Shown here piece after piece: positions 44,858 through 54,078 of a stretch of 64,000 bases of DNA. The notes below the pieces were generated by a model. That model was not told the origin of the DNA. It worked only from the letters and a program-made list of their open reading frames with translations, and made no database searches. The DNA is from Phycisphaerae bacterium (GTDB lineage Bacteria; Planctomycetota; Phycisphaerae; JAJVII01). How positions within the stretch are numbered: the stretch's first letter is position 1; the number at the start of each line of letters is the position of its first letter. The stretch lies in contig JAJVII010000008.1 in NCBI GenBank assembly GCA_022072085.1, positions 64,920-128,919 of the forward strand. Reading direction: 5' to 3'. Made by a program: the position numbers and the translations under genes.

Positions 44858-45442
44858 ATGGACACCCCCGCGCCCGTCCGACGGTTCGTGTCGCGCGGCG
44901 GCGACAAACTCGACGCCGCGCTGGCCGCCTTCGTCGTCGACCCGACGGCCCGCGTCTGCGCGGACCTTGGCTGCAATGTCGGAGGGTTTACCGACTGCCT
45001 GCTGCGACATGGCGCGACGCGCGTCTACGCCGTCGACACCGGCTACGGGGCGCTGGATTACGGCCTGCGCCGGGACGCCCGCGTCGTGGTCATGGAACGG
45101 ACCAACGCGATGCACGTCGAATTGCCCGAGCCGGTGACGCTCGTCGCCATCGACGTCGCCTGGACGCGGCAGGAGAAGATAATCCCCGCCGCCGCCCGGC
45201 TGCTGGCCGACGGGGGCGACCTGATATCGCTCATCAAGCCGGCCTACGAACTGGGACCCAAGGCCCTGCGCGATGGCCGCCTCAGCCTGGAGCAGGCCGA
45301 CGAACTGCTGGCAAGCCTCCGCCGCTCACTGGCCTATGTCGCCGGCCTGCGGTGGATCGCCGACATCCCCTCGCCCGTGGTCAGCGGCAAGAAGAACCCG
45401 GAATATCTCGCACATTTCAGGAAGTCGGCTTCACCGGCGTGA
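44858..45442 (+). CDS. TlyA-like SAM-dependent methyltransferase lacking the S4 domain
   Basis: FVSRGGDKL, DLGCNVGGFTDCLL, YAVDTG, LIKPAYE, NPEYL. Confidence 0.85.
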   Translation: MDTPAPVRRFVSRGGDKLDAALAAFVVDPTARVCADLGCNVGGFTDCLLRHGATRVYAVDTGYGALDYGLRRDARVVVMERTNAMHVELPEPVTLVAIDVAWTRQEKIIPAAARLLADGGDLISLIKPAYELGPKALRDGRLSLEQADELLASLRRSLAYVAGLRWIADIPSPVVSGKKNPEYLAHFRKSASPA

Positions 45443-45821
45443 GTTGCCAGGCGGCTGCGTCCGCATCGCTGCGCCGCAGGACGTATCGCCCCGCGCAGCG
45501 TCCCCCTTGCAGTTCGATCTCCAACTCGTCCGGCCCGACGCGCAGCCAGACGACACGGCCGCTGTCGGCGACGGCCACCCGTCCGCGCCCCCGGCTGACC
45601 GGTCCCTCGTAAGTCAGATAGGCCAGCCGGTGGTCGGACAGTTCCCGCGCCTCGATCGCCCCGCCGCCCGCGCCGGGCAGTTGGGCGATCTGCCACGTGC
45701 GCAGCGTCGGCCCGCGCTGGAGCATGAGGTCAAAGTGCTCGTCGCCGTGTCCGGTGTGGTGCTGGATGACGTAGTCGGCGACGTCGGCGGCCGGCTCGGG
45801 ATGGTCCATGGACTGGCTCAT
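45417..45821 (-). CDS. Stand-alone LigD 3'-phosphoesterase-like domain protein
   Basis: YVIQHH...HFDLML...TW, DHRLAYLTYEG...GRGRV...DSG; ATGA overlap with the upstream gene. Confidence 0.75.
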   Translation of the reverse strand: MSQSMDHPEPAADVADYVIQHHTGHGDEHFDLMLQRGPTLRTWQIAQLPGAGGGAIEARELSDHRLAYLTYEGPVSRGRGRVAVADSGRVVWLRVGPDELEIELQGGRCAGRYVLRRSDADAAAWQLTPVKPTS

Positions 45822-48800
45822 GGGTTGGCTGGCGCGGTCAGGTCGAACGCCGGCGGCATGACCTTGATCTCCACCTCCGGCAGTTTGGGCGGGCGGAGCA
45901 GCAGGTTGCCCAACGATTCGGGCTCGTAGACTTGCGGGCTCGCCGACGCCCAGGCGCTGTGCTCGCCGCGGATGCCGACGTGCCGCACGACGTTCAGCCG
46001 CCACATGTGCTCACTCACGGCGCCGACCTCCGCGAGCGACTTGCGCGGCACGGCCATCTCGATCACCCAGTCGCCGCGGCGGTTGAAGTTGATCTCGGTG
46101 CGCACGTCCTGGCCCCAGCGTCGCGGGGCGCCCGCGCCGCCCGGACCGGTCAGGCCGCGATAGCCGATCGTTGTGCCGTTGGCCTTGACCGCCAGCCGCA
46201 GCAGGTCGTCGCGACCGAGCCGCCCGCACGTCGGATCCAGCAGCACCTCCACAGCATCCTCGCCGACGATCAGCCCGTCGTCGAGCCGAACGTGGTTGCT
46301 CCACCGCACCCGGATGTCGTCCGGCGTCTGTCCGAGGCAGACAATCAGCAGATATAGGTTCTCGTCGTCGTCGCCGGCCATGAACCAGGTGTCGGCCGGC
46401 TTGCGCGGCGTACCGTAGACCTGGCCCAGCGGCTGGGCCGGCGTCAGCCGATGGAACGCCCCGCCGCGGAAGCTGCTGGTGACCGGCCAGTCGTTCAGCA
46501 GCCCGTCGATCTTCGGCGGTCTGGCGAACCGATGGGCCGGCAGCAACGGAACGTTTGTCGGCAGCTCGGCCAGGTCGCGGTTGCCTTCGGCTACGACCTT
46601 TGTGGGCATCTGGATGCGGCCGTTGCCATCAATGTCCATGTCGCTGCCCTGGGCCATCAGCACCAGCGGCTCGCCCGGTCCGGGCGGGCGCTCGGTCACC
46701 GGCACGTTGAACCGCGTCGCGGCCCACGTCTTGGGCAGTGTGTCGAACAGCACCTTGGGCGGCGGCAGGTCGGCGACCGCTTCCCCCGCGCCGCTGGGCG
46801 AAACCAGCCGCGGCATGTCGGAATAGGTCGCCAGCCGGAACACCGCCTTGACGTGGTTGGTCAGCCCGCCGAACTGGTCGTATTCCTCAGCCAACTGGCC
46901 GGGCAGCAGGCCCATCTGAATCCACGCGGTCTCCTGGCGGAACTGGGCCCACACGATGCGGGCCTCGCGGGCCTTCTCCGGCTCGAGCGGCTCGTGCCGC
47001 GCCGCGAGCATCAGCTCCTGCCGCAGGATCGTGCGGGCGTTGGCGAATGCCGTCGGCGTCCGCATCCAGCCGACCGCCCCGCCCAGCCCCGGCGTCGTCG
47101 AGGCCGCCTGCGCCAGGGCATACTTCACCATCGCCCGGGCGATGATGTCAGCCAGCGCCGCCCGGCCGTGGTCGGCCAGCAGCGTGAGGTAGGCGCAGTC
47201 CTGCTCCGCCTGGCGCAGCCGCTTCAGCCGCAGGCTCTGGATCGGCAGGTCCTGGTCGAACCACTGTCCCGGATAGAACAGGAACCCCGCGTCGTCAGCC
47301 GACAGCGGCTTCTGCCACGGGGACGCGTCGGGCCAGTGCTGCGTCGGGCCCAGCCAGGCGGTGCCCAGGCCGTATCGGCGGGCCATGTAGCCGAGCACTT
47401 CCAACTGCTCGGGCGGCGTGAACAACTCCGTGCTCGGCCGCCACGGCGGGACGCCGTCGCCCAGCCACGCCTCCCCCTGGTGGGCCGTCAGATCGGGGAT
47501 GACCGTCGGGTCAAGGAACTGCGCCGGCGGGCAGTAGACCGTCGCGTGGACCGGCACGGGCCCTTCGCCCGGGCGGCGGGGCCGGCTCGGCGGCTCCATC
47601 GCCCACGGCAGCGGTTCGAGGTAACCGATGTCCAACTCGGTCAGCCGCGTGATTCGGCCGACCGTCAGGGCCTCGGTCTTGCGCTGCGGCGTGAGCCAGT
47701 CGCGCCAATCGCCCGCGCCGTAGGGCAGCGTCGATTGCGGCGGCCGGTCGCGGTGAATCCAGACCAGCGGCTGCGGCCACTTGCGGTCGGCGAAGTGCGT
47801 TCCCACGGCCCGCAGGTACTGATCGGCCACATTGGCATAGGCATCCGACTCGATGCCGCCGTAGAGGTTGGCCGCCGGGTAGTCCAGCCGGAACGGCGCG
47901 ATCGCGTGCGGCGGCGCGCCGTCGCCCTCCAGGCTCGGGCCGACCAGCCGGTCGTAGCCCGTCCAATCCACAACCACCTTGCCCGCGAGGTCGCGTTTGA
48001 AGATCGGGTTCACGTCGCTGACCAGGAAATGCACGCCGTTGGACCGCCCCAGGTCCACCCACTGGGCCAGCCGCTTGCGGGCCAGCGGGGCGATGTGCGG
48101 ATCGTCGAACAACTGCGAGTCGGTCAGTTCCCCGCCGCCCAGTTCGGACGCCAGCATGCGCTTCAGGTCGATCGGCGCCAGCAGCGAGAGCCCCGGCGAA
48201 TCAGGCATCGTCAGCGGCATCACCGTCATCGACACGTCGATCCATTCCTGCGGGCCCTGTTCGGACTCGATAAGCAGCCGCCCGGTGTAGACGCCCGGCT
48301 TGGCGTCGCGTGGGACCGCCACGTCCAGCCAGAGCCGAAGCTGCTCGCCCGCCGGCAGCGTCCACGGCTGGCCGTAGCGGGGATGGTCGATCGGCAGCAG
48401 CGCGTCGTGGAAGTCGCCGAACGCGCGGTTGGCGTCGGTGTCGCGCGTGGGGTCGCCATAGAGCTGATACCAGCCCGGCAGGTCGTTCACGCGGACCGGC
48501 AGGATGCGGTAGATGGTGACGGCGGTGTGGCTGATCGTCGGGGGCTGCGGGCCCAGTGCGACCGGCTGGCCCTGCATGAGGTCGCCCATTCGCAGTCGCA
48601 GGCCCGCGACCTGCCGCGGCGGGAAGTCGATGTGGAACCCCAGCACCTCGCCGCGCAGCCCGGTCAGTTGCAAGCGGCCGTGCTCCTCGTCGAACAGCGG
48701 AACGATCGGCGGCGGGGGCAAGTGGCCCGGCTCGCCGGGCTGAAGCACGCCGGAGGGCCCGATCCGCGGGTTGCCGTCGCCGGCCGCCGGACGCGGAACG

Positions 48801-49039
48801 ACGACCGCCGGCAGATCGCCGGACGGCGCGTCGCCCACGTGGACGTCGGTCGCCCGGCCGGTCCCCTGCCCCGGACAGCCCGGCAGGCAGACGAGCATGG
48901 CCGCCCCGGCCGCCAGGGCCAGGATCAGCACGCCGACGCGGCGGCTGCATATGCAGAGGCTGTATCGTCGCGGGTTCAAGCTGCGGCCACTCTCCAAAGA
49001 AGGCTCGGGCGGTGTCCGCCAACCGGGGCGGGTGAACAT
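45818..49039 (-). CDS. Large probable lipoprotein with DUF4091/GH123-like region and C-terminal CBM9-like domain (start uncertain)
   Basis: LVCLPGC lipobox; LWLDVAVPRDAKPGVYTG, LFYPG...SLRLKRLRQAEQD; PKIDGLLNDW...DDENLY...WVIEMAVP...WRLNVVR. Confidence 0.7.
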   Translation of the reverse strand: MFTRPGWRTPPEPSLESGRSLNPRRYSLCICSRRVGVLILALAAGAAMLVCLPGCPGQGTGRATDVHVGDAPSGDLPAVVVPRPAAGDGNPRIGPSGVLQPGEPGHLPPPPIVPLFDEEHGRLQLTGLRGEVLGFHIDFPPRQVAGLRLRMGDLMQGQPVALGPQPPTISHTAVTIYRILPVRVNDLPGWYQLYGDPTRDTDANRAFGDFHDALLPIDHPRYGQPWTLPAGEQLRLWLDVAVPRDAKPGVYTGRLLIESEQGPQEWIDVSMTVMPLTMPDSPGLSLLAPIDLKRMLASELGGGELTDSQLFDDPHIAPLARKRLAQWVDLGRSNGVHFLVSDVNPIFKRDLAGKVVVDWTGYDRLVGPSLEGDGAPPHAIAPFRLDYPAANLYGGIESDAYANVADQYLRAVGTHFADRKWPQPLVWIHRDRPPQSTLPYGAGDWRDWLTPQRKTEALTVGRITRLTELDIGYLEPLPWAMEPPSRPRRPGEGPVPVHATVYCPPAQFLDPTVIPDLTAHQGEAWLGDGVPPWRPSTELFTPPEQLEVLGYMARRYGLGTAWLGPTQHWPDASPWQKPLSADDAGFLFYPGQWFDQDLPIQSLRLKRLRQAEQDCAYLTLLADHGRAALADIIARAMVKYALAQAASTTPGLGGAVGWMRTPTAFANARTILRQELMLAARHEPLEPEKAREARIVWAQFRQETAWIQMGLLPGQLAEEYDQFGGLTNHVKAVFRLATYSDMPRLVSPSGAGEAVADLPPPKVLFDTLPKTWAATRFNVPVTERPPGPGEPLVLMAQGSDMDIDGNGRIQMPTKVVAEGNRDLAELPTNVPLLPAHRFARPPKIDGLLNDWPVTSSFRGGAFHRLTPAQPLGQVYGTPRKPADTWFMAGDDDENLYLLIVCLGQTPDDIRVRWSNHVRLDDGLIVGEDAVEVLLDPTCGRLGRDDLLRLAVKANGTTIGYRGLTGPGGAGAPRRWGQDVRTEINFNRRGDWVIEMAVPRKSLAEVGAVSEHMWRLNVVRHVGIRGEHSAWASASPQVYEPESLGNLLLRPPKLPEVEIKVMPPAFDLTAPANP

Positions 49040-49097
49040 TTTATATTCCCCCACCCGCCCATTTCTGGCAAGCCCAATCGCGCCGCGGCGGAGGGGA

Positions 49098-49219
49098 GGA
49101 ACACGGATTGCACCGGGGGGCACGGATTTCACAGATCCAGCGAATGCTCGAAGAGTCCTTCCGCCGCCCACCTATCCTCTCCGTGAAATCGCCTCTCGCA
49201 TCCGTGCTATCCGTGTTCC
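49098..49219. repeat. REP-like inverted repeat element
   Basis: GGAACACGGAT..GCACGGAT..TTTCAC on the left; GTGAAAT..ATCCGTGC.ATCCGTGTTCC on the right. Confidence 0.7.
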
Positions 49220-49326
49220 CGCATGAGACGGGGGGCGCGTCGAACGCGCCGGCGGGTTGTCGCGCCGGCGGCGGGGCCTATAATGCAGCCGACGCGGACG
49301 GGGACGTCACCGACACGAGGGATCAC

Positions 49327-50196
49327 ATGACGGCACAGATCATCGACGGCAAACAGATCGCGGAACGGATGCGGCAGCAGATCGCCGAGCGGGTGAAGGG
49401 GCTGGCACGGCCGCCGCTGCTGGCGGCAGTCATCGCGACCGACGACGCCGGGGCCGTCATGTACGCCCAGAGCCAGCAGAAGAAATGCGAGCAACTCGGC
49501 ATCGGCTACCGCCTGGTAACGCTGCCCGGCTCGGCGACGCAGGCGCAGCTTCAGGCCGCCATCGAGGAACTGAACGCCGACGACGCGGTCGACGGCATCA
49601 TCATCCAGCAACCGCTGCCCAAGGGCATCGACGAGGTGGCGGCGGCGTCCGCGGTCCGGCCGGACAAGGACGTCGAAGGGGTCTCGCCCACGAGCCTGGG
49701 CCTGCTGGCCTACAACCAGCCGAGGCTGATCCCCTGCACCGCCCTGGCGGCATGGGAGGCTATCTGCGCCGCAGGGGTCGCGGTCGCGGGCGCCGAGGCG
49801 GTCATCATCGGGCGCAGCCGAATCGTCGGGCGGCCGCTCTCGCTGATCCTGGTCAACCACCACGCGACGGTGACGGTCTGCCACACGCGGACGCGCGACC
49901 TGGCGGCCACCGCCAGGCGGGCCGACATCCTGGTCGTGGCCGCGGGCCGGCCAGGCCTGGTCACCGGCGACTTCGTCAAGCCCGGCGCGACGGTCATCGA
50001 CGTGGGCACCAACCGCGTGAGCGTCACCGACGCGTCCGGCAAGCAGATGAGCAAGACGGTGGGCGACGTCGACTTCGTCTCAGCCGCCGAGGTCGCCGGT
50101 CGCATCACGCCCGTGCCCGGCGGCGTCGGGCCGATCACCGTGACGCTGCTGCTGCGGAATACCCTGGAGGCAGCCGAGGCCCACTTGGCGCGGTAG
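49327..50196 (+). CDS. folD: Methylenetetrahydrofolate dehydrogenase (FolD family)
   Basis: IIDGKQIA, PCTALA, IGRSRIVGRP, VIDVGTN, TPVPGGVGPIT. Confidence 0.95.
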   Translation: MTAQIIDGKQIAERMRQQIAERVKGLARPPLLAAVIATDDAGAVMYAQSQQKKCEQLGIGYRLVTLPGSATQAQLQAAIEELNADDAVDGIIIQQPLPKGIDEVAAASAVRPDKDVEGVSPTSLGLLAYNQPRLIPCTALAAWEAICAAGVAVAGAEAVIIGRSRIVGRPLSLILVNHHATVTVCHTRTRDLAATARRADILVVAAGRPGLVTGDFVKPGATVIDVGTNRVSVTDASGKQMSKTVGDVDFVSAAEVAGRITPVPGGVGPITVTLLLRNTLEAAEAHLAR

Positions 50197-50227
50197 CCGC
50201 GCCCGCGCGGAAGGAAGCGGAAGAGCC

Positions 50228-50875
50228 ATGACCGCGATTCTGCTGGCCTGGGTGCGCGGCGTCGGGCTGGGGCTCGCCATCGCCGCCCCGCTGGGCCCGA
50301 TCAACGTCGAGATCATCCGCCGCCACCTCGGATCGGGACTGGCTGCCGGGCTGCTGCTGGGCCTGGGGGCCTGCTCCGTGGACACCTTCTACATCATCGC
50401 CATCAGCCTGGGCCTGGTGACCCTCCAGCCGAGCCCAGCCGTGCAGGGCTGGATGCTCGCCGCCAGCGGAGCGATCCTGCTGACGCTGGCCGGGCTCATT
50501 CTGACATCCAGCGTCCGCAGCGCCCGCCGGGCCGCCGACGCCCAGGCCGGCAGCGCCGCGCCGGTCCGTCCGCTGCGTCACTACCTGGTCGGGTTGGCGA
50601 TGACCGCCTCCAGCCCGATGAACCTGATCTTCTGGATCGGCGTGGTCGCGAGCGGCCAGTATGTCTCGCACGCGGTCCGCAGCCCCTGGCCGGTGGTCGC
50701 GGGGGTCATGTGCGGCACGGTCGGCTGGGTGGTGGGGCTGAACGGCGTCCTGATCGCCGGCCGACGCCTGCTTCGGCCCGGCGTGCTGATGGCGGTCAAC
50801 TGGCTGGGGGCGGGACTGCTGATCTTCTACGCCGGCTGGGCGCTGTGGCGATTCGCAACCATTATCATTTTCTGA
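50228..50875 (+). CDS. LysE-family translocator
   Basis: IAAPLGPINVEIIRR, LAMTASSPMNLIFW, six hydrophobic segments. Confidence 0.88.
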   Translation: MTAILLAWVRGVGLGLAIAAPLGPINVEIIRRHLGSGLAAGLLLGLGACSVDTFYIIAISLGLVTLQPSPAVQGWMLAASGAILLTLAGLILTSSVRSARRAADAQAGSAAPVRPLRHYLVGLAMTASSPMNLIFWIGVVASGQYVSHAVRSPWPVVAGVMCGTVGWVVGLNGVLIAGRRLLRPGVLMAVNWLGAGLLIFYAGWALWRFATIIIF

Positions 50876-50878
50876 TAA

Positions 50879-50906
50879 TTGACGGTCTGAAACTATTGCT
50901 TATAAT
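50879..50906 (+). promoter_or_regulatory. Sigma70 promoter of the TolC-family gene
   Basis: TTGACG-N16-TATAAT in an AT-rich patch. Confidence 0.65.
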
Positions 50907-50934
50907 CGCCTCTATTGCGGCGGAGGCACCATCT

Positions 50935-52620
50935 ATGCGCATCAGGCACCTGACACTTCGAGGCTCGTTACTGGCCGCCCTGCTTCTGGCCGGCTGCCAG
51001 ACGGCCGCGCCCTATAACATCGACAGCCACACCATCGACATCTACCGCGCCCGGGCACAGCAGCAGAGGGCGTCGGCCGGGCAGATCGCCGAGGCGCCCA
51101 GGGAACTGGCCCGCCCCGAGCCGACCACGCAGCCCGATGCCGTTGCGATGACCGACGCGATGGCCCCGCGCCAGAGCGCCCACGCGCCGGTCAAGCTGAC
51201 ACTGCGCGAGGCCCTGCTGCGCGGGCTGCACAACAGCTACGACATCAAGGTCGAGGGGTTCAACCCGGCCATCACGTCAGCCGACCTGGTCACCGCCGAG
51301 GCGGCATTTGACGCCGTCGTGTTCCTCAACGCCCAGTATTCCCGGCTGGATGTGCCGACCAACAGCACCTTCTTCGGCGGCGGGCAGTCGGAGAACGAAC
51401 ACTTCGAGGGCGGAGTCCGCAAGAAGCTGGCCACCGGCGGCACGATCGAAGCCAAGTACGTCACCGACCGGCTCTGGAGCAACCAGCCGTTCCAGATGTT
51501 CAACGGACGCTACGACCAGGATCTGACGGTGAGCCTCACCCAGCCGCTGCTCCGCAACGCCGGACTGGACGTGAACCGGGCCCAGATCTATGCCGCCCGC
51601 AACAGCCGCGACATGAGCCTGTTCGCCTTCCGCCGCCAGGTCATCCAGACACTGTCGGACATCGAGCAGGCGTTCTGGAACCTGTATTTCGCGCGGCAGT
51701 CGCTGGCGATCCAGCGGGCCCTGCTGGCCCAGACCGAGGACACGCTCAAGAACGTCGAGGCGCGGCTTCAGTTCGACACGCTCCAGGTCAACGTCAGCCA
51801 GTCCAAGTCGGCCGTCGCCAGCCGACGAGCCGACGTCATCCGCCGCGCCGCCGACGTCAAGGACGCCGAGGACAAGCTCAAGAACCTGCTGAACGACCCG
51901 GACCTGCCGCAGGACCAGGACATCCCGATCATCCCGGCGGATGAGCCGCTGACCCAGCGCGTCGAGCTGTCGCCCGAGCGCGAGCTGTGGACGGGCATGG
52001 AAAACCGCAGCGAGTTGCAGGAAGCCAAGCTCAACATCTCCAACGCCGCGATCAGCCAGGGCGTCGCCCGCAACCAGCTTCTGCCGCAGCTCGACCTGTT
52101 CATGCAGTTCAACACCAACGGGCTGAAGGGAAGCTGGAGCAGCGCCAACAGCCAGCTCTGGGGCGGCGACTACCTCGACTACGTCGTCGGGCTCAGCTTC
52201 GAGTTCCCCCTGGGCAACCGGGCCGCCAAGGCCCAGGAGCGCAAGGCCCGGCTCCAGCTCGACCAGGCGGTCACCTCGTATCACAACCTCGCCGCCGACA
52301 TCCTGACCGAAATCCAGGTCAACCTCCGCGACGTGCGGACCAGCTACGACGAGATCCTGGCCAACCGCGAAGCCGTCGAGGCCGCACGCGAGAACCTGAC
52401 CACCCTGGTCGAGCGCCGCGAGAAACTGAGCCCGGAGTACCTCAACGTCCAGCTCACGGCCCAGGAGACGTTGGCCAACGCCCGCCGGGCCCTTCAGTCG
52501 GCGATCGTCAACTACAACAACGCGATCATCCGGCTGGAGCAGGCCAAGGGCACGCTGCTGCGGTTCGACAAGATCGACCTGCACGCCGGCCAACCCGTGC
52601 CCCCCCAGCCGCAGCCCTGA
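50935..52620 (+). CDS. TolC-family outer-membrane lipoprotein
   Basis: LLLAGC lipobox; LTLREAL, LTQPLLRNAG, ARNQLLPQLDL, FEFPLGNRAA. Confidence 0.9.
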   Translation: MRIRHLTLRGSLLAALLLAGCQTAAPYNIDSHTIDIYRARAQQQRASAGQIAEAPRELARPEPTTQPDAVAMTDAMAPRQSAHAPVKLTLREALLRGLHNSYDIKVEGFNPAITSADLVTAEAAFDAVVFLNAQYSRLDVPTNSTFFGGGQSENEHFEGGVRKKLATGGTIEAKYVTDRLWSNQPFQMFNGRYDQDLTVSLTQPLLRNAGLDVNRAQIYAARNSRDMSLFAFRRQVIQTLSDIEQAFWNLYFARQSLAIQRALLAQTEDTLKNVEARLQFDTLQVNVSQSKSAVASRRADVIRRAADVKDAEDKLKNLLNDPDLPQDQDIPIIPADEPLTQRVELSPERELWTGMENRSELQEAKLNISNAAISQGVARNQLLPQLDLFMQFNTNGLKGSWSSANSQLWGGDYLDYVVGLSFEFPLGNRAAKAQERKARLQLDQAVTSYHNLAADILTEIQVNLRDVRTSYDEILANREAVEAARENLTTLVERREKLSPEYLNVQLTAQETLANARRALQSAIVNYNNAIIRLEQAKGTLLRFDKIDLHAGQPVPPQPQP

Positions 52621-52644
52621 CCGTCCGCCGCCAGGGGAGCCGCC

Positions 52645-54078
52645 ATGCACGACGCCCCCGCTCCGCCCTCGCCGCCGGATGTACTGGCCGAACCTGGGCC
52701 GACGGAGCCGGCTGCCGGCGGGCTCCGGCGGTTCGTCCGCGCTGCCGCGCTGGTCGTCGTCGCAGCGGCAGCTGCATGGTCCTCACTTGAATGGCCGGCG
52801 CCAGGGACGCTGAATTTCACCTTCTACGCGCTGGTCCTCGCCGCCGCGTGGGTCGTCGCACTGTCGCGTAAGGGACGCCGCCTCGGGCGTGCCGCGGCCT
52901 TGCTGGCCCTGATGGGCGCGGGGGCGGGCCTGACCGCGGTGATATATCACCTCCGCCGCGGCGAACTCCGCGGCGACACGTCACTCCAGAATCTGCACCT
53001 GGTCGCGTGGGGCACGCTGACGGTGCAGGCAGTCGAACTGGCTGGCGTGCTTTGCCTCATCGCCGGCCTGGACATTGTCGTCGCCTCTCTCACGCGGCGG
53101 ATGCTCCGCCCGCGAACGCCGAATGCGAAGCTGCCCGCCCGCGAGCACGGTTGGCGCCGGGCGGCCGTCGGCGCGATCCGCCTGCTCGTCTTCTGGCTGG
53201 TCGGCATCCCCTGGCTGTTCGTCTTTCTTCAGACCCACCCGCCCAAGGTCGCCTACGACGAGCGGCCCGACGTCCCCTATCGCGAACTGGCCGACCTGCC
53301 CGGCGATCCCGGCATGCCCGGTTGGGTCATCCCAACGGACGGCCCCGCCGACACGGTCGTGCTGATATGCCACGGCCTGGGCGCCGACGAAGCCAACTTC
53401 CTGCCCTGGGCGGACCTGATGCACGGGCTGCACTGCCACGTCGTGATCTTCGACTTGCCGGGTCACGGCCGTGCCGCCGGCGATCGCACGACGCTGGGCT
53501 GGGATGAATCGCGGGCGATCCTCCGGACCGCCCGCTGGGTCCGCAGCCACCCGGAGCAGTTCCCGGGCAACTCGTCGCGGCTGATCGGATTCGGCGCAAG
53601 CATGGGCGGGACTTCCCTGTTGCTGGCAGCCGAGAGCGAGCCGCATTTGTTTGACGGGCTGATTGTCGATTCCTCCTACGCGACGCTGGACGAGATGGCC
53701 CGCGAAAGAATCGACATGCTGCCGGCCGTCGTCCGCTGGCCGATGCAGGAGATCGGCCCGCTGTGGTTCCTCTGGGAGACGGGCGTCCGCATCAGCCGCG
53801 TCGACGTCCTGCGCGACATCCACCGGCTGGACGGCGTGCCCAAGCTCTTCATCCACTGCCGCGACGACCAGATCGTGCCTTTCCCGCTGGGCGAGCAGAT
53901 CTACGACGCCGCCGGAGGACCGAAGGCGTTCAAGGCGTTCGACACCGGCAATCACCTCGGAGGCCTGACCCGCCACGGCCGTGAATATCGGGATATGATT
54001 GAACACTTCCTCTCTCGCGGCCGGACTGCAAGCCAGCCGGCAGCGAAAGACGCTCCGCGCAGCAGGGAGCCTCAGTGA
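52645..54078 (+). CDS. Membrane-anchored alpha/beta hydrolase (paralog 1)
   Basis: N-terminal TM helices; CHGLG, FDLPGHG, GASMGG, HCRDDQIV, GNH. Confidence 0.88.
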   Translation: MHDAPAPPSPPDVLAEPGPTEPAAGGLRRFVRAAALVVVAAAAAWSSLEWPAPGTLNFTFYALVLAAAWVVALSRKGRRLGRAAALLALMGAGAGLTAVIYHLRRGELRGDTSLQNLHLVAWGTLTVQAVELAGVLCLIAGLDIVVASLTRRMLRPRTPNAKLPAREHGWRRAAVGAIRLLVFWLVGIPWLFVFLQTHPPKVAYDERPDVPYRELADLPGDPGMPGWVIPTDGPADTVVLICHGLGADEANFLPWADLMHGLHCHVVIFDLPGHGRAAGDRTTLGWDESRAILRTARWVRSHPEQFPGNSSRLIGFGASMGGTSLLLAAESEPHLFDGLIVDSSYATLDEMARERIDMLPAVVRWPMQEIGPLWFLWETGVRISRVDVLRDIHRLDGVPKLFIHCRDDQIVPFPLGEQIYDAAGGPKAFKAFDTGNHLGGLTRHGREYRDMIEHFLSRGRTASQPAAKDAPRSREPQ

